Source of the DNA: Eubacteriales bacterium
GTDB lineage: Bacteria; Bacillota; Clostridia; Oscillospirales; CAG-272
Direction: 5' to 3'
Assembly (NCBI GenBank): GCA_045602325.1
Contig: JAZSBH010000039.1
Location: 18,918 to 82,917 of the forward strand
Length of the DNA stretch: 64,000 nucleotides
How positions within the stretch are numbered: position 1 is the first letter of the stretch; every line of letters starts with the position of its first letter. Both the position numbers and the translations under genes were made by a program. The notes beneath the pieces are model-generated. The model had not been told where the DNA came from and did no database searches. It was given only the letters and a program-made list of their open reading frames with translations. Positions 1-9,464 of the stretch are shown here, in pieces.

Positions 1-119
1 TCTACCCGTTTTTCGTACTCGCAGTCAAAGGGCAGACAGTACATGATCTTCTCACCTGTCACCGAGGCAGCATCGTAAGCCGCTCTGTCGGCAGGGGACA
101 TATCAAAGAGCAGTTTCAT
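1..119 (-). CDS. hypothetical protein, first 39 codons only (gene runs off the left edge)
   Basis: ATG at 117-119 (minus) with AAGGAGG 10 nt upstream. That SD overlaps the TAA stop of the upstream gene (TAAGGAGG = complement of 130-137). Frame is open to the window edge. Translation: MKLLFDMSPADRAAYDAASVTGEKIMYCLPFDCEYEKRV. Confidence 0.5.
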   Translation of the reverse strand, partial: MKLLFDMSPADRAAYDAASVTGEKIMYCLPFDCEYEKRV

Positions 120-134
120 AGGGAAACGACCTCC

Positions 135-743
135 TTACAGGTATATTTCAACCTTCTTGTAGCTGTGCTTGTCCAGCTTTCCGGGATCATCGATGGTAAA
201 GCAGTTACCGTCAATGTCATACATGAACACGCGTCCATCCTCCAGGGTGCGGATATTGGAGGTAGGGTTGTTCATGATGAACTCCACCCGTCCTGCGCTG
301 GTGGTCACGTCCCAATAGCAGTAACCAAACTTCTCGCGGAATGAATGGATCTTTATGATGGAGGGGGTAAAGTAGCGGCGACCCAACTCGTCGTTGATCA
401 TATCCGCCACCTCGGTAGGAAATACGGCCAGGGTTTCGATCATGCCGATCTCGGCACCGCGGCCGTTCAGTTGAGTGTCGGGCTCGCGGATAGCGATGAA
501 ACTATCGGGGGAGGAAATGGGAAATGCCCGTACGGGAACGATGCGCTCAAAAAATTCCACCTTGCCGGAGGGCTGAGTGACCTCCAGCGAGATCAGATTT
601 CCCGCAGAACGGGTGAACCTCGCATTTTCGGGGGTCAGATCCAGGGATACCCGATGCTCAAAGAGCTCGGTAATGTCGCTATCATCAAGAGGCTTTTTTG
701 TTTCTGTTGCATTAGCCATAATATTTGTACCTGTTCCTTTCAT
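135..743 (-). CDS. DUF1854-like small soluble protein (ABC-exporter-associated)
   Basis: 202-aa ORF immediately downstream of the ABC exporter on the same strand. The family call is from memory of DUF1854 sequences and their ABC-linked context. Alternative start at 719 (MANATETKK). No strong SD at either start. Confidence 0.6.
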   Translation of the reverse strand: MKGTGTNIMANATETKKPLDDSDITELFEHRVSLDLTPENARFTRSAGNLISLEVTQPSGKVEFFERIVPVRAFPISSPDSFIAIREPDTQLNGRGAEIGMIETLAVFPTEVADMINDELGRRYFTPSIIKIHSFREKFGYCYWDVTTSAGRVEFIMNNPTSNIRTLEDGRVFMYDIDGNCFTIDDPGKLDKHSYKKVEIYL

Positions 744-879
744 GGGGGTGAAAGTGTGTGGTGAATTTAATACGTATGTAAGGCTTGGGACATGGACTCA
801 GAAGTTTCCCTCCTGTTCTTTCAGGAATTTTGCTCGTTTGGAGCGAAAAGGGAAACTTCTTGCTGAAGCGAATCGCGCT

Positions 880-3198
880 TCAGCGGCCTTCCATAACCTT
901 TTGCAGCTGCTCGTTTTGGAGCGTCCAGAGGCGGTAGTAGATGCCTTTCTTTTCCATGAGCTCCTCGGCGGTGCCCATTTCGGCCAACTCTCCGTTGTCG
1001 ATGGCCATGAGGTAGTTACAGTTCTTGAGGGTGGACAGACGGTGCGCAATGGAGATGGTGGTCTTGCCTTCGCTCACACGATCGATGGCCTCGGAGATCA
1101 GCCGCTCGGTCTCGGTATCCATGGCGGCGGTGGCCTCGTCCAAAATCAGCAGGGAAGGGTTGAGCAGAAGGGCGCGGGCAATGGACACACGCTGACGCTC
1201 ACCGCCCGACAGGGAACGGGAACCGATACCCACCATGGTGTCATAGCCCTCGGGCATGCGAAGAATAAAGTCGTGGGCGTTGGCGGCCTTGGCGGCGGCG
1301 ACCACTTCTTCGCGGGTAGCCTCGGGCTTGGCGTAGCGGATATTATCTAGGATGGTTCCACGGAAAATGTAGACCTCCTGAGATACGATGGCTACGTTGC
1401 GGCGCAGGGAGTTCATTTCAATATCCTTGATATCCACACCGTCAATGGTGATGGAGCCGCTGACCACGTCGTACATGCGAGTGATGAGATTGGCGATGGT
1501 GGACTTGCCCGAGCCCGTATGTCCTACCAGGCCTACATGGTCACCCTTCTGAATGGAGAAGGAAATGTCCTTCAGAATGGGACGGTTGGGATTGTAGTGG
1601 AAATTTACGTGCTCGAAGGTGATCTCGCCGTCAATGGTATCCAGACGGACAGGATTTTGAGCCTCAACTACCTCGGGGGTGGTGTCCAGCACCTCGAACA
1701 TACGGACAGCCGAGTTCATGGTGTCGGTTACCATATTGGTGAAGTTGGTAAAGAAGTTCAGCGGGCCAAAGATCATACCCGTATAGCCCATGTATACCGT
1801 CAGTTCACCGTAGGTCATGGTCTCGCCCATAACCTCAATGCCCGCAAATCCCCACATGGCGTGGCAGGTACCTGCCACCAGAATGGAGATGACCGGGAAG
1901 ATGAACATGGAAACCTTTTGGGTGCGGAGATTCGCCTTGTAAAGCTTGGAGGCGTACTCGTAGAAACGACTGGTCTCGTTGTCCTCCTTGGCGAAAGCCT
2001 TGACTACGCGGATACCCGACAGGGAATCGTTCATCATGGTATTCATGGAGGAGGAGCGTCTCCACTGGTGAGAATAGCACTTCCAGAGCTTGGGCAGGGC
2101 GAATTTCAAAATCAGCACCACGGGCAGAATGGGCGCATACAGGATCAGCGTCAGCTTCCAGTTGATGCAGAACAGAAGAACCGTCAGCACAATGTAGGAA
2201 AGCACGTGGCTGATGAGGTAGGGCACGCCGTCGATGAAGAAGCTGCGGATGCGTTCGGCGTCGTAGTTAACGCGGTTGATCAGCTTACCCGTTGGATTGG
2301 AATTGAAGTAGGATAGGGACAGTCTTTGCATGGCACGGAAGATGTCGTTCTTCATGTTTCTCGTCACGCGGGTGGACAGGTAAGCGTTGGTGCGGTTCTG
2401 GATGATGCCAATGCCCATAGAAAGCAGAGCCATACCCGTGAGCACGCCTACCCAGATATACACATACTTTGCCTCGTGCATGGAGCCTGTTTCACTGATG
2501 ACCTCGTCGTACAGAATGGTACCGCTGACGATGGGATTGAGCAGGGAAAGACCCGTGGTCGCCAGGAGACACAGGAGAACGATGAAAACCTGCTTCTTAA
2601 ACACCATGAAGTAGGACATAAGCCGTCCCATCACACCCTTGCGGTTGACACAGTGCTCGCAAACGCGATTGTGGGGATCGCGGTACATCCGTCCGCATTT
2701 GGGGCAGGTTCGGTTAAACTGTTCAAAGATGGCGTCGTCGTCCGCTACGGTGTCTCCCCGCTTCAGGCGATCCCAGAGATTCACAAAGGCTAACAAACGA
2801 AGCTTGACGGCATTAGTGCAGTAACCCAACACCACGGTGGTGCCTCCACAGTTGTAGGTGCGTGTAGCACGTTGGAATTCGTCGTCGGTCAGATCTCCCT
2901 TTTCGGGGGGCAGATCGTCGGGGGCGTGGCGATGCACCTGCAGACGGTTGGAGGTCGTGTAGTTGTCGATGTAAGGTTCGGTCAATTCGGACAGCGGGAA
3001 GGTCTCAAGATCCTCGCCGGCTATGCGGTAGATATAGCCGTCGGTGTGGGAGAAGACCAACCACACCTCTCCGTAGTCGCCCTTCATGTCCAGATCCAAT
3101 TTCAGGCACATGTCCGGTGCTTCGGGGTCAATGCCGTGGGATTTCAGAACGGCGGCTATCTTGTCGGACATTTTTTCAAGCGGTAAAATTTGAATCAC
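880..3198 (-). CDS. ABC transporter ATP-binding/permease protein (type I exporter half-transporter) with ~190-aa N-terminal zinc-ribbon extension
   Basis: 772 aa. Walker A GHTGSGKST, signature LSGGERQR, Walker B LLILDEAT. Hydrophobic TM block starts near residue 195. CPKC-x11-CEHC lies in the N-terminal extension. The GTG start at 3198 has a cramped SD (AAAGGA only 1 nt upstream), so the exact start is uncertain. Confidence 0.9.
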   Translation of the reverse strand: MIQILPLEKMSDKIAAVLKSHGIDPEAPDMCLKLDLDMKGDYGEVWLVFSHTDGYIYRIAGEDLETFPLSELTEPYIDNYTTSNRLQVHRHAPDDLPPEKGDLTDDEFQRATRTYNCGGTTVVLGYCTNAVKLRLLAFVNLWDRLKRGDTVADDDAIFEQFNRTCPKCGRMYRDPHNRVCEHCVNRKGVMGRLMSYFMVFKKQVFIVLLCLLATTGLSLLNPIVSGTILYDEVISETGSMHEAKYVYIWVGVLTGMALLSMGIGIIQNRTNAYLSTRVTRNMKNDIFRAMQRLSLSYFNSNPTGKLINRVNYDAERIRSFFIDGVPYLISHVLSYIVLTVLLFCINWKLTLILYAPILPVVLILKFALPKLWKCYSHQWRRSSSMNTMMNDSLSGIRVVKAFAKEDNETSRFYEYASKLYKANLRTQKVSMFIFPVISILVAGTCHAMWGFAGIEVMGETMTYGELTVYMGYTGMIFGPLNFFTNFTNMVTDTMNSAVRMFEVLDTTPEVVEAQNPVRLDTIDGEITFEHVNFHYNPNRPILKDISFSIQKGDHVGLVGHTGSGKSTIANLITRMYDVVSGSITIDGVDIKDIEMNSLRRNVAIVSQEVYIFRGTILDNIRYAKPEATREEVVAAAKAANAHDFILRMPEGYDTMVGIGSRSLSGGERQRVSIARALLLNPSLLILDEATAAMDTETERLISEAIDRVSEGKTTISIAHRLSTLKNCNYLMAIDNGELAEMGTAEELMEKKGIYYRLWTLQNEQLQKVMEGR

Positions 3199-3332
3199 AT
3201 CCTTTCTCGCGACGTGGCGCGTGCAGCGGTGTTTTTCGGGTAGGCAAGCGGTGGCAAAAAGCGTCTTACGTACACGGTCACAGCCCGTGCCGAAGGCTGT
3301 GAGACATGGTTGCGTCCGTGAATGTTATGTGA

Positions 3333-3360
3333 ATTATACCACATTTTTCCGGAAAAGCAA
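3333..3360 (-). promoter_or_regulatory. sigma-A type promoter for the ABC exporter operon
   Basis: Minus strand reads TTGCTT, 16 nt, TGgTATAAT (extended -10). It lies about 125 nt upstream of the 3198 start. Confidence 0.5.
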
Positions 3361-3567
3361 CCTTTTTTTGAAATTCCTTCAATTTCGGGTGATTTACTAA
3401 TCACTTACATAGCAAGACCTGAATTTTGTGAAAAATAACGAAAGGATTGGATTTCAAAGAGGAATCAAGCCGTAATTTCCGAAAATCGCAAATTTTTTTG
3501 TAAATATGAATTTCCATATAATAATGAAAGAAATGGGAAAGTCATTTTATATTTTTGAATTTTACTC

Positions 3568-3596
3568 TTGCAATTTTTTGAAAAATCGTGTATAAT
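3568..3596 (+). promoter_or_regulatory. sigma-A type promoter for xpt
   Basis: TTGCAA (3568-3573), 17 nt, TATAAT (3591-3596), with TG immediately upstream of the -10. Confidence 0.55.
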
Positions 3597-3663
3597 AATT
3601 CTATTAGACAAAAAACGGCAGGATATGAGCCGCCGACATTTACGGGAAAGGCAGGAAATCATC

Positions 3664-4239
3664 ATGAAACTGATGGAGGATCGCATTCGCAAGGACGGTA
3701 TCATCGAGGACGGAGACGTGCTTAAGGTCGGTACCTTTTTGAATCAACAGCTGGACACCCGCTTCATCCGTAAGCTCGGTGATGAGTTCTACCGCTTATA
3801 CAAGGACGACGGCGTTACCAAGATCCTGACCATCGAGGCATCCGGTATCGGACTGGCCTGCCTCTGTGCTCTTCCCTTTGACGTGCCCGTAGTCTTCGCC
3901 AAAAAAGCAAAATCCAGCAATATCGTAGGCCCTGCCTATACCTCGAAGGTACACTCCTTTACTCACGGAACCGATCACACCGCCGTGATTCCTTGCAATA
4001 TGCTTTCGTCCGAGGATCGCATCCTCCTTATCGACGATTTCTTGGCCCGCGGTCAGGCACTTCACGCCCTCATCGACCTCTGCGAGCAGGCGGGTGCTAC
4101 CATTGTGGGTGCCGGTGTGTTCGTGGAGAAGACCTATCAGGGCGGCGGTGATGAGATACGCGCCCGTGGTGTGCGGGTGGAATCTCTGGCCATGATTAAG
4201 TCCATGAGTGTGGAGGACGGAATCGAATTCTGCCGATAA
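3664..4239 (+). CDS. xpt: xanthine phosphoribosyltransferase
   Basis: 191 aa from the ATG at 3664, with a GGAAAGG/AGGAAA SD upstream. PRTase motif RILLIDDFLARGQA. Full-length resemblance to Firmicute Xpt (MKLMEDRIRKDG..., VESLAMIKSM...). Confidence 0.9.
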   Translation: MKLMEDRIRKDGIIEDGDVLKVGTFLNQQLDTRFIRKLGDEFYRLYKDDGVTKILTIEASGIGLACLCALPFDVPVVFAKKAKSSNIVGPAYTSKVHSFTHGTDHTAVIPCNMLSSEDRILLIDDFLARGQALHALIDLCEQAGATIVGAGVFVEKTYQGGGDEIRARGVRVESLAMIKSMSVEDGIEFCR

Positions 4240-4332
4240 GCGATAAGCGGGAAGGACAGAGTTTTTTGTCCGACTTCGTCAAAATGTATAATTATTTTGA
4301 CGGATAGGTGAACAAATTGTGACATATACCTC

Positions 4333-4362
4333 TTGTCAAATCGGGTCGTTTCGTGTTAAAAT
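4333..4362 (+). promoter_or_regulatory. sigma-A type promoter for the BMP/ABC operon
   Basis: TTGTCA (4333-4338), 18 nt, TGtTAAAAT extended -10 (4354-4362). Confidence 0.45.
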
Positions 4363-4455
4363 AACGTATAGTCTTTCTTTAATTCTATGGTGTGATGTCC
4401 TGCCGGACTGCACATATATTTCTTCACCAAAAATTAATAATGAAGGAGAAACGAA

Positions 4456-5670
4456 ATGAAGAAGTTCTTATCTCTCGCGTCCTTAACTCTCATCGCGGCC
4501 ATGTTGCTTTCCTGCATGGTTCTGTTCGGTTCTTGCTCGGATAACGGCAAGGCCGACTTCAAGTTGGGTGTCATCCTGCTGCACGACGAGGATTCCACCT
4601 ATGACAACAACTTCATCAACGGCGTAAAGGCTGCTCAGAAGGCTCTGGGTCTGACCGATGATCAGGTCATCATCAAGCGTAATATCCCCGAGTCCAATGA
4701 GTGCTACGAGGCTGCTCTCGACCTGGTCGATGAGGGCTGTGACATCATCTTTGCTGACAGCTTCGGTCACGAGACCCACATGCTGGAGGCTGCCAAAAAG
4801 TACCCCAACGTGGAGTTCTGCCACGCTACCGGTACCATGGCTCACACCGCTGGTCTGGATAACTTCCACAACGCTTTTGCTTCCATCTACGAGGGTCGTT
4901 ACCTCGCCGGTGTGGCTGCAGGTCTGAAGCTCAACCAGATGATCGAGGCCGGTGATATCACCGCCGATCAGGCCAAGATGGGCTATGTAGGTGCTTTCAC
5001 CTACGCCGAGGTTATTTCCGGCTACACCTCCTTCTACCTGGGCGCCAAGTCCGTATGCCCCAGCGTTACCATGGATGTTCAGTTCACCGGTAGCTGGTAC
5101 GACGAGACTGCCGAGAGAAACACCGCCAACGCTCTGATCAACGGCGGTTGCGTGCTCATCAGCCAGCACGCCGACTCCATGGGCGCTCCCTCCGCTTGCG
5201 AGGATAAGAACGTTCCCAACGTTTCCTACAACGGCTCCACTCTTGAGCACTGCCCCAAGACCTTTATCGTGTCTTCCCGCATTGACTGGTCTCCCTACTT
5301 CCAGTACATTTGCACCCAGGTCATGAACGGTGAGAAGATCGCCACCGACTGGACCGGCACCATCGCTACCGGTTCCGTGGTTCTGACCGACATCAATACC
5401 GCTGCTGCCGCTCCCGGCACCGCTGAGGAGATTGCTAAGGTTATGGAAGAGCTGAAGAACGGCACCCGCCATGTCTTCGATACCAAGAACTTCACCAAGG
5501 ACGGCGCTACTATCACCACCCATAAGGCTGATGTGGACACCGATGACGCATTTACTCCCGATACCGAGGTTATTGAGAACGGCGTGTTCTTCGAGTCCAA
5601 GCACCGCTCCGCTCCCTACTTCGATATCCAGATCGACGGTATCAACCTGCTGAACACCAATTTCGGTTAA
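4456..5670 (+). CDS. BMP-family (PnrA/Med/TmpC-like) ABC transporter substrate-binding lipoprotein, probable nucleoside binding
   Basis: 404 aa. Signal peptide with lipobox LFGSC. AAGGAG SD. Followed by a duplicated-ATPase gene and two permease genes, the typical BMP nucleoside importer layout. Confidence 0.85.
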   Translation: MKKFLSLASLTLIAAMLLSCMVLFGSCSDNGKADFKLGVILLHDEDSTYDNNFINGVKAAQKALGLTDDQVIIKRNIPESNECYEAALDLVDEGCDIIFADSFGHETHMLEAAKKYPNVEFCHATGTMAHTAGLDNFHNAFASIYEGRYLAGVAAGLKLNQMIEAGDITADQAKMGYVGAFTYAEVISGYTSFYLGAKSVCPSVTMDVQFTGSWYDETAERNTANALINGGCVLISQHADSMGAPSACEDKNVPNVSYNGSTLEHCPKTFIVSSRIDWSPYFQYICTQVMNGEKIATDWTGTIATGSVVLTDINTAAAAPGTAEEIAKVMEELKNGTRHVFDTKNFTKDGATITTHKADVDTDDAFTPDTEVIENGVFFESKHRSAPYFDIQIDGINLLNTNFG

Positions 5671-5744
5671 TACGCAAGACCAGGGCTGAATAAGCCACCG
5701 GCGGCGTGTGCCGAAGCATATGACACAAGCCGACCATCAGAAAT

Positions 5745-5793
5745 AGGCGGAGTTTTCGCAGCTATCTGCGCTCCGCCTCATTTCTGATTTTTT
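5745..5793 (+). terminator. intra-operon hairpin plus U-tract (partial terminator/attenuator after the binding-protein gene)
   Basis: AGGCGGAG (5745-5752) pairs with CTCCGCCT (5771-5778). An inner CGCAG/CTGCG stem is present. Followed by CATTTCTGATTTTTT. Confidence 0.55.
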
Positions 5794-5827
5794 GGATTAT
5801 TCCACTTTTACTACATGGAGGTGCCGC

Positions 5828-7381
5828 GTGAGCAAACCCGTTGCATTGGAGCTGAAAAACGTTTCCAAACGATTCGGAAGCGTGATTGCCAACAAGAATG
5901 TGGACTTGACCGTGTATCACGGCGAGATCCTGGCCATTCTCGGAGAGAATGGCTGCGGAAAGACTACCCTCATGAACATGATCTCGGGTATCTATTTCCC
6001 CGACGAGGGACAAGTGTTCGTGAACGGGGAAGAGGTTATCATTTCCTCTCCCAAAGATGCGTTTCGCTATAAGATCGGGATGATCCATCAGCACTTCAAG
6101 CTGGTGGACGTGTTCACCGCAACCGAAAATATCATCCTCGGTGTCAAGGACGAGGCAGGCTACTCCCGCGCCGAGGCCGAAGCCCGTGTTCGTGAGATCA
6201 CCGAACGCTATGGCTTCCATATGGATCCCCATAAGAAGATTTACGAAATGTCTGTGTCTGAAAAGCAGACGGTGGAGATCATCAAGGTGCTCTACCGCAA
6301 CGCCGACATCCTTATCCTGGATGAGCCCACCGCAGTGCTCACTCCCCAGGAGACCGAGGTGCTGTTTAACATCCTGCGCCGTATGCGGGACGATGGCAAG
6401 TCGGTGATCATCATTACCCATAAGCTCCACGAGGTGCTGGCTCTCACAGACCGCGTGGCTGTTCTCCGTCGCGGCGAGCATATTGCTACTGTTCATACCG
6501 CCGAGACCGATGAGACGGCGCTGACCGAAATGATGGTCGGCAAAAAAGTAAGTTTGAATATTGCACGGTCGGAGCCGCAAAATCCCTGCGACCGCCTGAC
6601 CGTTTCTCATATCAGTTGTACCGATCACGAAGGCATTAAGTTGTTGGATGACGTATCCTTCACCGCACGAAGCGGTGAGATCCTGGGCGTCGCAGGTATC
6701 GCGGGCTCGGGTCAGCGTGAGCTGTTGGAATCCATAGCAGGTCTTCAGCATCTGGACGACGGCGAGATCCTGTACGTCAGTCCCAAGAATGGGGAGACCG
6801 TCAATCTGCGGGATAAGAATCCTCTGCAGATCCGGGACCTCGGTGTTCGCCTTTCCTTCGTCCCCGAGGATCGTCTGGGCATGGGTCTGGTCGGAAACAT
6901 GGACATCATCGACAACATGATGCTCCGCAGCTATCGCCGCGGTCACTCCATGTTCGTGGATCGTAAGAAGCCCCGCGATCTGGCAGAGAAGATCGTGGAA
7001 AGCCTGGAGGTGGTTACCCCCGGTGTCACGACTCCCGTTCGCCGTCTATCGGGCGGAAATGTGCAGAAGGTACTGGTTGGCCGTGAGATCGCCGCCGCTC
7101 CGTCGGTGCTCATGGTGGCCTATCCCGTCCGTGGCTTGGACATCAACTCGTCATATGCCATCTACAATCTGCTCAACGCCCAGAAGGACGCAGGAACCGC
7201 TGTTATTTTTGTGGGCGAGGATTTGGACGTGCTTCTGGAGCTTTGCGACCGTATCATGGTCATTAATTCCGGCCGTATTACGGGCGTGGTGGACGGTCGT
7301 ACCGCTACCAAGGAAGAGCTTGGTCTGCTCATGACAGGCTCGGCTGAAAATCAGGATATGGAGGATGTGAAACATGGCTAA
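5828..7381 (+). CDS. ABC transporter ATP-binding protein with two fused ATPase domains (nucleoside/sugar importer type)
   Basis: Walker A GENGCGKTT and GIAGSGQRE, Walker B ILILDEPT, second signature LSGGNVQK. I prefer the GTG at 5828 (GGAGG 6 nt upstream) over the track ATG at 5792, which has no SD. Confidence 0.9.
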   Translation: MSKPVALELKNVSKRFGSVIANKNVDLTVYHGEILAILGENGCGKTTLMNMISGIYFPDEGQVFVNGEEVIISSPKDAFRYKIGMIHQHFKLVDVFTATENIILGVKDEAGYSRAEAEARVREITERYGFHMDPHKKIYEMSVSEKQTVEIIKVLYRNADILILDEPTAVLTPQETEVLFNILRRMRDDGKSVIIITHKLHEVLALTDRVAVLRRGEHIATVHTAETDETALTEMMVGKKVSLNIARSEPQNPCDRLTVSHISCTDHEGIKLLDDVSFTARSGEILGVAGIAGSGQRELLESIAGLQHLDDGEILYVSPKNGETVNLRDKNPLQIRDLGVRLSFVPEDRLGMGLVGNMDIIDNMMLRSYRRGHSMFVDRKKPRDLAEKIVESLEVVTPGVTTPVRRLSGGNVQKVLVGREIAAAPSVLMVAYPVRGLDINSSYAIYNLLNAQKDAGTAVIFVGEDLDVLLELCDRIMVINSGRITGVVDGRTATKEELGLLMTGSAENQDMEDVKHG

Positions 7382-8486
7382 AAACAACACTGCCAAGGAA
7401 ATCGGCCGTACCCGAGAGCCCTTGCTCCATATCTCCAAGCGAGCCACCATTCCCATGTGGAAAGCCTGGACGATTCGCGTCATCGCGATCCTTGCAGCCT
7501 TCTTGGTCTGCGGTATCATCACCTTTATTCTGGAAGGACGCAATCCCATCGATATGTACGTTGCCATGTTCAAGGGTTCCTTCGGCACCAGCCGTAAGAT
7601 CTGGAAGCTCATCAAGGACTTGGCCGTCCTGCTCTGTATTTCTCTTGCCGTTACCCCTGCTTTCCGTATGAAGTTCTGGAACATCGGCGCCGAGGGTCAG
7701 GTGCTGGTCGGATGTCTCGCCACCACCGCTTGTATGTTTTATCTGGGCGGTAAGATCCCCGATTGGGCTGTTATCATCTGTATGCTGGTCACCGCCCTCT
7801 TGGCAGGAGCCGTCTGGGGCTTGATCCCTGCCATCTTCAAGGCCAAGTGGAACACCAACGAGACCCTCTTTACCCTCATGATGAACTACGTGGCTACGTA
7901 CCTTGTTGCTTTTTTCCTGCTCACTTGGACACCCGACGGTTCCAGTACCCTGAAGCGTCAGGAATACGGTAACCTCCCCGTCCTCTTCGGAAACGAATAT
8001 CTGCTCATCATTCTGGTAGTGGCCGTACTGACCATCGCTATGTACGTCTACCTCAACTATACCAAGCACGGCTACGAGATCTCTGTGGTGGGTGAGAGTG
8101 AGAACACCGCCCGCTACGTAGGTATCAGCGTACCCAAGGTCATCATCCGCACCATGATCGTGTCGGGTGCTATCTGCGGCCTGGCCGGCTTCCTCATCGT
8201 AGGAGGCTTGGATAAGACCATTACCACCGAATCAGCCGGCGGCCAGGGCTTTACCGCCATTATGGTCTCCTGGCTGGCTAAATTCGATCCCTTGGTCATG
8301 GTGCTGACTTCCTTCCTACTCATCTTTCTGGATCAGGGTGCGGCGCAGGTGGCACAGGACTTCAACATCAGCGAAGCATTCCCCAGCATCATTACGGGTA
8401 TCATCCTGTTCTTCATCATCGGATGCGAGTTCTTCATCAATTACAAGGTCGTGTTCCGCGCGGCCAAGAAGGAGGGTAAGGCATGA
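7374..8486 (+). CDS. ABC transporter permease (BMP-type importer)
   Basis: 370 aa, polytopic and hydrophobic. Start overlaps the ATPase stop by 8 nt. Confidence 0.85.
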   Translation: MAKNNTAKEIGRTREPLLHISKRATIPMWKAWTIRVIAILAAFLVCGIITFILEGRNPIDMYVAMFKGSFGTSRKIWKLIKDLAVLLCISLAVTPAFRMKFWNIGAEGQVLVGCLATTACMFYLGGKIPDWAVIICMLVTALLAGAVWGLIPAIFKAKWNTNETLFTLMMNYVATYLVAFFLLTWTPDGSSTLKRQEYGNLPVLFGNEYLLIILVVAVLTIAMYVYLNYTKHGYEISVVGESENTARYVGISVPKVIIRTMIVSGAICGLAGFLIVGGLDKTITTESAGGQGFTAIMVSWLAKFDPLVMVLTSFLLIFLDQGAAQVAQDFNISEAFPSIITGIILFFIIGCEFFINYKVVFRAAKKEGKA

Positions 8487-9451
8487 ATTACGTCTTGGAT
8501 TTTCTTCTCAACGCCATTCCTCTGGGTATGACCTTCCTCTACGGCTCCACCGGTGAGATCATTACCGAGAAAGCCGGACACCTCAACCTAGGTATCCCCG
8601 GCATCATGTGTGTGGGCGCCGCCGGCGGCTGTGCCATGCTTCAGACCCTTGTAATGGCAGGGAATATTCCCGGTGCTTTGATGGTGGTACTGGGGATTCT
8701 GGCCGCTTTCGTGTCTGCTGGACTTATGGGCCTTCTGTACAGCATTCTCACCGTCACCTTTAAAGCTAACCAGAACGTGACGGGTCTGACCATGACCATC
8801 TTCGGTGTAGGCGTAATGAAATTCATCATGACGGGTCTGGAGGGTCACATGTACCTCAAGACGCTGGAATTCTTCCGTTATCCCTTTTCCGTGCTTCTGC
8901 CCGGTACCTCTTGGCAGTACTGCGGCGTGATGGTGTATCTGGCCATTATCATCGCCGTGATCGCCTCTTTGGTGCTCACCAAGACCAAGGTGGGTCTCCA
9001 CCTCCGTGCCGTGGGTGAGAACCCTGCCACCGCCGATGCCGTGGGTATCAACGTCACAGCCTACAAGTATGGTGCCACCATTATTGGTAGTGGTATCGCA
9101 GGTCTGGGCGGACTCTTCTACATCGTTAACTATGCAGGTTCCCCTGAGGCTTACAAGAGTATCGAGACCCTTGGATGGCTGTCCATCGCTCTGGTTATCT
9201 TTGCTCTTTGGAGACCTCATTTGAGCATCTTGGGCTCTGCCGTGTTCGGTGCCCTCTATCTGGCGGGCTCCTATATTCCCACCATCCTGGCCAGTCAGGG
9301 CGTGGGTCTGCCCATGAGCGTTACCCAACTTCTCAAGATGCTGCCCTACGTGGTCACCGTTATCGTGCTGACCGTTACCAGTATCCGCAACAAACGGGAA
9401 AATCAGCCTCCCGCGGGCTTGGGTGTCAACTACTACCGCGAGGAACGTTGA
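8483..9451 (+). CDS. ABC transporter permease (BMP-type importer)
   Basis: 322 aa, polytopic. ATGA start/stop overlap with the preceding permease gene. Confidence 0.85.
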   Translation: MNYVLDFLLNAIPLGMTFLYGSTGEIITEKAGHLNLGIPGIMCVGAAGGCAMLQTLVMAGNIPGALMVVLGILAAFVSAGLMGLLYSILTVTFKANQNVTGLTMTIFGVGVMKFIMTGLEGHMYLKTLEFFRYPFSVLLPGTSWQYCGVMVYLAIIIAVIASLVLTKTKVGLHLRAVGENPATADAVGINVTAYKYGATIIGSGIAGLGGLFYIVNYAGSPEAYKSIETLGWLSIALVIFALWRPHLSILGSAVFGALYLAGSYIPTILASQGVGLPMSVTQLLKMLPYVVTVIVLTVTSIRNKRENQPPAGLGVNYYREER

Positions 9452-9464
9452 CCTTCCTGTGCGC

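Noticed and set aside
3597-3663. Possible purine (guanine/xanthine) riboswitch in front of xpt, as in Bacillus xpt-pbuX
   Set aside because: The leader is only ~65 nt. It lacks the ordered conserved elements (UAUAAU, GAUAUGG, GUUUCUACC, CCGUAAA, ACUA) and has no three-way-junction pairing that I could draw. An Infernal scan with RF00167 would settle it.
3195-3704. Small ORFs 3195-3404 (-), 3117-3302 (+) and 3465-3704 (-) in the ABC/xpt intergenic region
   Set aside because: They have no SD sequences, overlap the predicted promoters and leader, and are low-complexity or AT-rich.
4363-4455. Possible riboswitch in the ~90-nt leader of the BMP nucleoside importer
   Set aside because: Fragments such as TATAGTC and GGACTG are superficially purine-riboswitch-like. 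However, the candidate aptamer is about 45 nt, too short, and P1 cannot be paired.
5792-5827. Track start ATG at 5792 for the ABC ATPase
   Set aside because: It has no SD, and the 12 extra residues overlap the terminator T-run. The GTG at 5828 has GGAGG at 6-nt spacing and gives the usual N-terminus ahead of the first beta strand.
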